Source: the human T2T-CHM13v2.0 reference genome, Homo sapiens
DNA: 64,000 nt
NCBI RefSeq assembly: GCF_009914755.1
Contig: NC_060938.1
Strand: one strand, 5' to 3'
Shown here one piece after another: positions 53,820 through 64,000 of the stretch. Each line of letters begins with the position of its first letter. The first letter of the stretch is position 1. The translations under genes and the position numbers were made by a program. The notes under the pieces were generated by a model that ran no database searches, had not been told where the DNA came from, and saw only the letters and a program-made list of their open reading frames with translations.

Positions 53820-55280
53820 AAACGCAAACCAATCACGCTAACCTCGCTCCGGAATCGAAGTCTGACTCTGTACCACGCATGGATTTAATTGGGAGAGAGG
53901 TCTTTTAGAGACACTCTGGGTGGGTGCATAGATCAGTCTGGAGTTTCACAGTACGGCTTCTTCCAAGGTCAGAGCATGTGTCCAGGGTCTTCCCCGCTTC
54001 CTGGTGGACGGGAAGGCGTCTTCGGTCCGGTGGTTGACAAAAAATCCAAAGAGGGCGTCAGATGTGTGCACTCTGGTGTTTGGAATTTAAGTAAAATCTG
54101 TAATTTTCCTCCTGCATTTCCTCAGAGAAATTAGCTATTCTATTCACTGCATAAATTTTCAGGTTTTGCTAGCACGACACTCAGGGTGTTGAATTTTTTA
54201 TGACAAAAATGCTGTAATAATTGTTGAACAGATGTAAGTGTTGGAGACTCGGCTCTGGCAGACCTCACGAAACCTCGATTAGCAATTTAACCCTGTCCTC
54301 CCTCCTGTCCGCACGCCGGGGAAGAGGAGTTGCAGTTTTGAATGGCTTCACTGGGATATGCACAAAGGCAGAGAAAGAGTTTTCTGGAGAGCAGGGGAAG
54401 TCCTTTAACGAGCTCTTATGCCCAGCCAGAAAAGGAAGAACTCGGTGCAGCCTAACCCTGAAATTACCACATTACCAAGTTGTCTAGCTGGGTGATTAAT
54501 AAACTAATTGACACGGGGGACACTTGTCACTGGCGAAGCAGCTCCCTAGCCAAAGCGAGGAGCAACTACATAGCGTCTCCCGGGGAGCTGGGAAGTGACA
54601 GTCTACACCCGCTTCCGGGCTCCCCGTGACATAGGCCAGCCGGGCCTCCATTTACACCTCAAAGCAAAGTCACAGAGGGATCCGCCCCTTTCCTGGCTGC
54701 CTACACAGAAAGCAGCCATGGGAGACTTGCCGAGGACTTTGTCCACCAAGTGATGAAAGCATGCAAATGCCTCCGAATCAAAGGTAAATCAAAAGAAAAT
54801 GGCAGCCCGCAAGAGGAGGCGGCGGTGACAGCCCGTCAGCCGTACAGCCACCCGACAGGCCTGGTGGCAGCGTGGAGGCTGCCAAGAGAACCGCCTGAGG
54901 AGGCTGCCGCCAAGACAGATGTCACGGCGAGGAGGGCGCGCTTCCGTCGCTTTCGGCGGGGCCTCATGGAGCAGGAAGTGGTACTACATGTGCCACTTAA
55001 GAGAATAATAATACTAATAAAACTGGGCGTTGTGAAGGGGGAGAGGTGGGGGAGAAAGGCTGGTTAGAGAGAGAGAGAGAAGAGGGGAAAGGCATGTCAC
55101 AGTGTTTGGTAAAGGAGGAACTGAATTGATGGCCATCCTGAAGTTTGTGTGTGTGCGCACATGTGCGTCCTTTAGCAGGCTGGCTTTCCCTAGGCGCTTA
55201 CAGCATCTTGAGAGGCATTGTGCTGGTGGAGACGTGGGGTTCTGGTGACAGCTGTGTCTTTGCAAGAGAGGAGAGGTGAC
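53820..55280. promoter_or_regulatory. Repeat-free regulatory element with a small CpG-island-like core (~54540-54960)
   Basis: ~27 CpGs in ~420 bp by eye; CCAAT 53829; ETS GCTTCCGG 54611 and CAGGAAGTG 54972; ATCAAAG 54777; AAAATGGC 54796; seven GTGACA/TGTCAC sites. Confidence 0.65.
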
Positions 55281-55606
55281 CACAAGGCCACAGAGGTCCT
55301 CTAGTTTTTATAGCCCTCTTTTCTGCCTTTCCTGGAAATTGACTTTTGGTTTCCTGCCAAGATTGGGTTGCCCATTATACAAAAAAGCAGACTCCTGCTT
55401 GGGGCATTGCAGAGTTGCAGAGATGGAGGGAGACAGAGGCAGGTGAGGAAAGCCTCAATGTCTGATTTTCTCTGTGTCTGCCTCTGTGTTATTTGCGGAT
55501 GGGTCGTGAGCCCCAGCCCAGCAGCCCACGATATTCGGACCTTAAGTACTGAAAATAACCTACTCCCCTTTTCATGGGTATTTTAAATTAAAATTAATAT
55601 ATAACA

Positions 55607-55907
55607 GGCCAGGTTTAGTGGTTCACGCCTGTAGTTTTCAGCACTTTGGGAGGCTGAGACAGGAGGATCGCTTGAGCCCAGGAGTCTGAGACCCACATGA
55701 GCAACGTGACAAGACCCCATCTTTACAAAAATAAGAAATAAAAAAAATTAGCTAGGCATGTTGGCATGTGCCTGTGGCCCCAGCTACTTTGGAGGTTGAG
55801 GTGGGGAAGATCACTCGAACCTAGGAGGTTGAGGCTGCAGTGAGCAGTGATGGCACCACTGCACTCTAGCCTGAATGACAGGGCGAGACCCTGACTCAAA
55901 AGAAAAA
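55607..55907 (+). mobile_element. AluJ (AluJo-like)
   Basis: GGAGGATCGCTTGAGCCCAGGAG...GAGGCTGCAGTGAGC. Confidence 0.95.
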
Positions 55908-56861
55908 CGTGAGTGTGTATGTGTATAATAATAATTACATATATATATATAGCCATTACAGCAAGAATGTCCAACATAACAGCTCTTATGTGTTTTTTGT
56001 ATGTCAAGTTTTTCTAAAAATTGCTGACTTTGAGGTGAGACTTCTGTTTTACCTGTGCTCTGAGCAGGTGTTTGGGCTGCATGTTGGGAAATCCAATCCC
56101 AGAAATTGTGTAAAAAATAAACTATGTTTTTTTAAATTCTAAGATGATTAACTTTTGTCTAGGAAGTGATTGCAGATAGGTTCTTAGCCATAAATGTATA
56201 AAATTGTCATAAACCACAACATATTGATTTGATCATAAGAAATTCACTTTTCTAAATGTCCCCCCTCCTCTAAAAAGCATTTGGGAGTAATGCAGTCAAT
56301 ATAACAAAGAGTCTAAAGATATAATGTCCAAGTGCCTTGGAGGTGAAAGACCTTACACTTTATCTTATTCTTACCATTCCTACCCCAGCTGCATTTTATA
56401 AGCAGGAGAGTTGCTGGCTTTATAGTGTAGGAACAGTTTTAGTGCCTCTACCATTATCCCATTTTTGCAAATACTTCCAGAGGAAGTAATTCTGAGATTG
56501 CTGAAAATTCTCATAGGTGTAACTATGTGATAAGTCCTTCAGGGCAGAGAGAAGATGGGTAGAATTAGCCCAGCCTGGTGAAGTGTGAACAGGATGCCCA
56601 TGGGTGAGAATCTGTCCTGGGTCCAAATAAAGCCTACACAGTTGGATGTGTGACCCTTAGCATCTCCGAGGCTGAATGATAACCCTCCCTACAGCAGCAT
56701 GGCCAGTGTTAAAATGTACAGAAAGCTCACATTGCAGCAGGTGATGTCGGAAGGGCTTCATCAATATGTGCTGTACTGAGCATCATAAAGCAATCAGGCG
56801 CTGGTAACTGAAATCCTGGGATGGGCTCTATTTATAATTTATTGTACACTTAGTTTAAGTG

Positions 56862-57227
<366 letters not shown>

Positions 57228-57784
57228 TAAATAAAATGCAATGGGAGACTGACATTCACTTTTAATACCATTTCACTAAAAGTTACCATTTAAGGGGATC
57301 ATCCCTGTGGTGGTTCAACCCAGATGTTCCAGATGTTTCTTCCTTTTTCATCCATGATCTGCTGGTTCTCTTCACAGTAGCACTTTTGTTTTATTTTTAA
57401 TATACTGTACATTAGTCTATCACTGGATAAGCATTTTTTTCTTGCAGCAAGTTCCTTATTCCTAAGAGCAAAATGTCCTCAATCTTTAAGTCAGAATTTA
57501 AGCACTTTCCTCTTCAAATATCTGTAAAAAAGATTGTCTTCTTCCAATTCTCTCTGTTCAAATTCATGACGTTCACTTTTAGGTTACCATTATTTTATTT
57601 AATGTAGCTGAAACATTTCAATCTGATTCCATATTAATATTTCCCTTTTTCAGATGAGGAAAACAAAAGCTCAGAAACTATCTTGGAGTCAGCAAGTAAG
57701 AAGGAGCTTAGAAAGGCTTAACATTTTCCATGCTTCTGCCTGGCTTCAGAGCCCATGCACTCTGCCTTACCACGGCAGGTGAAA

Positions 57785-58240
57785 GATGGCCCCAAATTCT
57801 TAGGTACATCTCCTGCCAAAAGACCCCTCCTATGGGTTCTGTGACTACTTCAATGAAAAGAATAGGGCAGAAGAGATGATGAGAACTTAACATCTGGCAG
57901 TGTCCATTTCCTGTCTTTTGAAACTTTCTGTTAAAGGCCTGAGCCACGTATGAAGTGTGAATCTTCACACCATGCAAGAGAAGCCACATGTTATTGCTCT
58001 GGTCAACAATCCCAGCTGACCCAACCAGATAGTGTATCAGGCATATGAGTAAAGCATTCTTAGATTCTTCAGTCCAGCCCTTCACCAGCAGAACACCATT
58101 CAGCAACCCTTGTCGGCATCATGTGGGACAGAAGAACCACCCAGCTGAGCCTTATCCAAATTCCTGACCACAAAATCATAAGGTATGATTGCTGTTTTAA
58201 GCCAAAAGTTTTGAGATAGTTTGTTAAGCAGAAATAGCTA
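57785..58240 (+). mobile_element. MLT1G/H-like MaLR LTR
   Basis: CCAGCTGAGCC...AAATTCCTGACCACAAAATCAT...TGCTGTTTTAAGCCA...GTTTGTTA.GCAG.AATAG. Confidence 0.7.
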
Positions 58241-60334
58241 TTGATCAATTATCATGTATAATTGATTATAATTACAAAATGCCAGGACCCTGTTGGAATT
58301 GTCTGCTTCATGCTTTACTTTGTCTGAGTAGCTTTTGAACATCTCTGCAAAATCACAACCACAGCTCTTTACATTGTATTGATCTATACCTAGACTCTTT
58401 ATCCATATCCTTTGTTTTGCTGCCAACAATTCTTGAGTGGACTGGAAAGAATTCACTGTCTCTGGCTCTTTGGTTGCAAGAGTAACTTTCAGGCTTCTGG
58501 TTTTAACAACATGGCAGACTGAACCAATAAGCATCACCTTCTTCATACAAATACACAAAAATACTGGAGAAGTATAAATTTTAAAATGAACACATAAACT
58601 CAAAGAAAGGGAATGCTTAGGTACTCGAAATGAAAGTTCAGTTTGCTGATACCATACTGTCCTTCAGAGCTATTGATTATAGGCCTTTGGGTCTGAAATT
58701 TCTTGCCTACAGAAAGACAGGAGATGCGGCTTTGAATCTGTATATGGTGGGAACCAGAACTGAATCCCCAGCATGAGACATGCACATTTAAAAGACCTGA
58801 TAGACTAAGAGAAGCAGCGAGAAAGCTTTCTTGTGGCTTGGTTTCTGGGTAGGAAAAAAATGCCTCTCATGAGAAATCAGTTACAAGCTCATACAATGCA
58901 CGCAGGGAGGGTCCAAGTTTACATTGCCCTTGTGATGTAAGAATTGAAGTCAAAAACACTAGACACAGGTCTAGCGTCCCTGCAGAAAGAAATGCAAAAT
59001 TTTATTTTTAGTAACACATTCACAAACTTGGGCCACATGGAATTCTGATAGGTTTAAAGACAGAGCAAAACTAAACCAAAGCTCTTTGGAAGACAAACTC
59101 AATAGAAAATCATGAAATTGCACTAGGAAAGAAGATACTGAATAGGGAGTTAGACACAGCAAGCTGAAGAATGGGCATCTCAAGAAATAGAACTAATAGA
59201 ATACTTTGAAAGGGACGGCAACATAAGTATATTTATATATGTAGAAGGATTTAAGCAGAAGGGTTAGAAAAAATAGGACAAAAAGAATTAAAAAGTAGAA
59301 GATGAATTTTCAGGTTGATCCAAGGTAAAAAATAGATCCCTGTATTAAAAAGTCCCTGCATACCATTAGTACTTCTGAATACAATGATTGAAATCTTGTG
59401 ATTGCTCCAGGCTGGAATTTTATTCTACAGTCCTGTAAGGTACAGATCATTGGGTAAATGGAGAAAATTTTCTCCCCAAAGAGAGAATGACTTCTTTCAT
59501 ATCGCTGAATGGAGCAACATGTTTGGCCAAGTTCCTGTCCCAGGGAGGAGAACCTTCAGCTTGCAACAAGTCCTGGCCGTTGGAGAAACCATGAGACTAG
59601 ACCTTGTGTAAAGCAGCTGATTCTGCCATGGGGGAAATGCCCTTTTGTTTACTGAGCTTCTCCCACCCATGCCTTGCTCCACTTTCCTCTAGAAGCCTGA
59701 GATATTGGGAATAAGAGTCTCAGCCTCCAAGAGATGGAGAACATATCAAGAGAGTCTGGATTTCTGGGGTGATTAAGTTCACTTGATTCATTAGCCTAAG
59801 TGCTCAAGTAAATTTCAAATCACAGTGTTATGTGTGATTGTCCACGTCCTTCCTCCAAACACTCCCCACCTCCCACCCAAGGGCCCATGTAACTTGCTAT
59901 TGAGAACCTTTGATTTCTTAGGTATTTGGGTGATAGGGTTTTGTTGCCTCTCCTGAAGAAAATAGTGGCAATTTGTACTCAGCTGTGGAATAAAGGAAAT
60001 CATGACATATCTTCATAGTGGATTTCCTATTTGATGGTTCCAGCCTATTTTCAATATCCACAACCTGCTGCACCCTAGGAAAATTGACTTCCTCCACTGC
60101 CACCCCATTCCCCAACCCCAGAGCTAGAATCTAGGTGAAACAGTGAGGCAGGGAAGCCTTCAGGAGGGAATGGGGCAGGGTGGGGGCTTGTCTCAGGTCA
60201 CCATTCTCAATGTTGGCTGCACACCAACTTTCAACATCCCAAAGCCCAGGCCTCACTCAGACCAATGAAATGAGAATCCCTGAGGGTAGAAAAGGGCTTG
60301 GGATGCAATAAAAAATACGGAGTAATACAGAATG

Positions 60335-60432
60335 TGGGTCATACTTACAGTAAAAGATTATTTGTTGTTTATCTGAAAATCAAATGTAACTGGGTCAACC
60401 TATATTTTTATTTGCTAAATCTGGCAACACCA
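60335..60432. mobile_element. Half MER53 inserted among MER5-like fragments (~60200-60668)
   Basis: TGGGTCATACTTA...GTTGTTTATCTGAAA...TTTGCTAAATCTGGCAAC. Confidence 0.75.
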
Positions 60433-61616
60433 ACCCATGCAATACTGCTGTTCAAAGCTCCCCCAGAGATAGCAACATGCAGTCGGTGATTTTCAAACTT
60501 CAATGTGTTTAAGAATCACCCCAATTGATCATTAAATACCAATTCCTGGGCCTACCTCTAAGAATTCTCATTCTGTTCTTCTAGGGTGGGGCCCAGAATG
60601 ATCAATTCTAACCAGTTCCTGGGTGTTTCTCGGGCTGCTGGGACTCCGTCCACACTGCAAGTAGCAGGAGTGTGTTCCAGCAGATCTGGGCATTGAACTC
60701 AAGTCTTCCAACTCCTCCATCCTTCCCACTATGCAGAGATTGCATGGATTTTTGTGTGGGTCCTTTGGCTATAGCGTGAATCTGTTTTCCTAGGTTCTCC
60801 TGTTGGTTCTCATCTCAGATCTCTTGCTTGAGGAGTTAGTTCCCGGGATCTAATTGTATCTTATTAGTAATAAGTTCAAGTCAGATGCTAAAGCTAAAAA
60901 ACCCCCTCCCCACACCACCACCATGATTGATTCTATTTAGGATCTATTATTTGCTCTGGCTATGATAAGCTGTCTGGGGGAATAAAGGAAACCTACGGCA
61001 CTATCTCCACTCTTAAAGGAATTTGTTGCGTCTAAGACAAGAAAATTACATTTAGAGAGAGAGAGAGAAAAGGCAATGTGTATTCTTCTTTCACATTGGG
61101 AGTTATTTCCTGAAGAAATTAAAGAGATTCGGCAAAAAGAGAGACATTGGAGTCCAGATCAGAAGGAAGAGGACTGGAAAGAGGAGGGAAGAGAACAATT
61201 CTCCCAGAACCTTCTAAAAAATTACTTTTGTTTCCAGCAGTTTTACCTTTGTTCAGCAACTTATCAACAGTGTGATCTTGGAAATGTCACCTTAACTCCA
61301 TAGCCTCAGTTTCCTCTTACGTGAAATAGTCATGCTGACACTAACTTTATAAGTTGGTGAAGGATTAGAGGTAATGGTTCTAAAGTGGTGGTTACAGTAC
61401 CTGATGCTTGCAAGTTCCCAAACTCAGCTGCCCATGTGAGCTGGGTGGGCAATGTTGGTGAGCAGGTACATGATCAGGCCCGCTCCAACCCTTGGTCATT
61501 GCCACTGTGTTAGAAAACAGCCCTGGAAGCCTCATATTCCAGTTTTCTGAGACAAAATGAATTGTATTTTTGTGGCATCTTCCAGTTTTTAGATGCGTGC
61601 TCATTAGTTTCAGAAG

Positions 61617-61746
61617 CGTTCATTGTCTATGGCTGCTTTAGTGCTTTACAGTAGCAGAAGTGAGTACTTGCAACAGAGACCATAAGGCTGCATAGCCTAA
61701 AGTGTTTACTCTCTGGCCCTTGGTGGAAGAAATTCGCCAACTCCTG
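61617..61746 (-). mobile_element. MER58A fragment
   Basis: TGTCTATGGCTGCTTT...CAACAGAGACCATA...CTCTGGCCCTT...GCCAACTCCTG. Confidence 0.75.
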
Positions 61747-62270
61747 GACTAAAGATGCAAAGCAGAACTTCTGGTGGAGGGAGTGGCCCCTCTGTTGATG
61801 GTTCCATCTGTTCCACTCACTGTTCTGTGCCTTCTCATCTCCTCCCTCCACTCTGTGTCTTCTTCTCCCTCCATGTCTTTCACTCAGTCATGGTTTCTGC
61901 TTCCTCATAGCTTCTGTTTGCAGAAGGCCTTCGGTGGACAGCCTCAAAGGTCTCACTACACCATGGACTTTCAGCTTCAGCTGTCACCATCACCATCATC
62001 TTTTTCCAGTTTAGACTCCAGAGATGAAGACTGTGTCTTGTCCAGTTCATCTGTTCTTGTTAGGCCACAATATATGTCTCTGTTCAGCCTCTGGATTGGA
62101 TTTCCTTGGGTCAAAGTGGCCACTTGGCTTCAGTTGATTGACATCTTTGGTATGGTCTTACTACCAAGACCTTTGTGATTGGAATTAATTATCTTTCTCA
62201 ATCTTTTCATGATTCTATCCTGTACCATGGCTTTATCTCAATTAACCAACACTGCCCAGATTTCTAAGTA

Positions 62271-62708
62271 CAGTTGACCCTTGAACAACATGAGTTTGAA
62301 CTTTGAGGGTTCACTTATATATGGGCTTTCTTCTACCTCTGCCAGCCCTGAGAGAGCAAGACCAGCCCCTTCTTTTCTTCCACCTCCTCATCTACTCAAC
62401 ATGTATCTTCATTCTCAAGACGATGAGGATGAAGACCTTTATGATGCTCCACTCCCAGTTAATAAATAGTAAGCATATTTTCTCTTTCTTCTGATTTTCT
62501 TTTCTCTAGTTTATTTTATTGTAAGAATGCAGTATATAATATATGTAACATACAAAATATGTGTTAATCAATTATTTATGCTATCAGTAAGGCTTCTGGT
62601 CAATAGGGGGTTTTTAGTAAAGTTTTTGAGCAGTCATAATTACACATGGATTTTCAGCTATAGAGAGGGTCAGTACCCCTAATCCCCACGTTGTTCAAGA
62701 GTTAACTG
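62271..62708 (+). mobile_element. Tigger2a (TcMar-Tigger) non-autonomous DNA transposon
   Basis: TIRs CAGTTGACCCTTGAACAAC / GTTGTTCAAGAGTTAACTG with TA target duplication; GAAGACCTTTATGATG core. Confidence 0.92.
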
Positions 62709-62724
62709 TACATAGTTTTACTCC

Positions 62725-62960
62725 TGTTAGGAATAATGCTCAAAATCCTAAGGAAGTTAAACACTCGAACAAAGGATTCTTAGCAAAGCAATTTTACTTC
62801 TGCACAGAAGGGTGCCCCCTTGGCCAGTCACCATGAGAGCACACCTGAACAAAGGGGCACGAGTGCTTTTATTCTTGACACCAGTCCTGCCCCTGTATCC
62901 TTTTCCCATTGGCTTGGGTCATGTTGTACAATCTAAACTAATCCTGGTTGGCTAAACATT

Positions 62961-62994
<34 letters not shown>

Positions 62995-63252
62995 TAAGAT
63001 GGGCAAGTAAAAGAAAGTGGAGAGGAAAGGGGAAGCCGTGTGTGTAATGAGCTAGAAAGTTAGTCCTCTTTCCAGATAAGGAAAGGAATGTGAGCTGGTA
63101 CTGATAACGCCTGGTTCTGTGGCATGCCTGGGCAGCTAACAAAGGCAAAAAAGAACAAAAGGAGAAAAAAGGGAAAAAAGGAGGGGGTACTATGAATTAA
63201 AGAATGAAAGATTGATCGGGTTATTTGAAGAGAAACCTCATCATATCCCACA
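62725..63252 (-). mobile_element. ERV1 LTR10-family solo LTR (LTR10B-like)
   Basis: Minus strand starts TGTGGGATATGATGAGGTTTCTCTTCAAATAA; TG...CA ends; 4-bp TSD CTCC at 62721-62724 and 63253-63256. Confidence 0.8.
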
Positions 63253-63531
63253 CTCCTATCTCTAAGTAGCATCACTCTTATTTTGTAGGTGATGAAATTG
63301 AGACCTCGCAGTTAAATGTTTAAGTCAGGATGAACTACTTTTCCAGGGATGGTGAAGCCGGAGCTCTGGATGGCACTCCTGGATCTCCTAAATCTTGATT
63401 CCGTGCTCTTTTCTCCCCACTTGGCTCCACTGTTTTGGCAGAGTCCCTTAAGATGGACCTGATTGGATGATGTGGAACTAGCCATGCAGAAAGAACAGAG
63501 GGTGGGAAAACAAATGAGGTCAGAGAGTCCT

Positions 63532-63914
63532 CATATTAGTCGGTTCTTGCACTGCTATAAAGAACTATCTGAGGCTGGATAATTTATGAAGAAAAGAGGT
63601 TTACTTGACTCACGGTTCCACAGGCTGTACAGGAGGCATAGCTGGGGAGTCCTCAGGAAACTTAACAATCATAGCAGAAGACAAAAAAGAAGTAAGCATG
63701 TCTTCACATAGCCAGCAAGAGAGAGAGACAGAGACCAAAGCAGGAGGTGCTATACACTTTAAAACAACCAGATCTCATGAGAACTCTTTCAGGAGAACAG
63801 CAAGGGGAAAGTTTGCCTCCATGATTCAATCACCTCCCACCAGGCCTTTCCTCTAATACTGGGAATTACAATTGAACATGAGATTTGAGTGAGGACAAAG
63901 AGCCAACCATATCA
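63532..63914 (-). mobile_element. MSTA (MaLR) solo LTR
   Basis: ATTAGTC...GCTATAAAGAAC...GGCTGTACAGGAGGCAT...CCATATCA; perfect 5-bp TSD GTCCT. Confidence 0.92.
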
Positions 63915-64000
63915 GTCCTCTTCAGTTGTTGGTACCTATGTGGGGAGAAGGAGCTGTGTAGAGTGGGTGTGACTAAGTCGGTCAGAACTGGGAAGCATGG

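Noticed and set aside
62281-62469. Acidic ORF (QDDEDEDLYD)
   Set aside because: Remnant of the Tigger2 transposase C-terminus inside non-autonomous Tigger2a

Overview
This is primate (very probably human) non-coding genomic DNA. No credible protein-coding exon, tRNA, rRNA or CRISPR array was found; the ORF-track entries are Alu-, LTR- or microsatellite-derived, or chance ORFs. I recognise 19 Alu dimers plus one monomer, MaLR LTRs (MLT1, THE1A, MSTA), an ERV1 LTR10-family solo LTR, DNA transposon fossils (Tigger2a, MER53, MER58A, MER96B, MER5) and old L1/L2/MIR fragments. The informative part is the unique DNA. A ~9 kb nearly transposon-free block (4.3-13.6 kb) holds an enhancer-like core at 8.9-9.3 kb with an exact SOX2-OCT4 composite motif, a second octamer, a PBX-HOX site and two adjacent palindromes. 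A CpG-rich island-like element at ~54.5-55.3 kb carries a homotypic GTGACA cluster. Together these suggest the cis-regulatory landscape of a developmental regulator gene lying outside the window. Structural oddities include closely spaced inverted Alu pairs, a 220-bp compound polypyrimidine tract, a dispersed ~110-bp duplication and a ~300-bp foreign insert within an old L1. I cannot name the locus and see no evidence of a new protein-based system. Repeat subfamily calls are from memory of consensus sequences and need RepeatMasker/Dfam confirmation.
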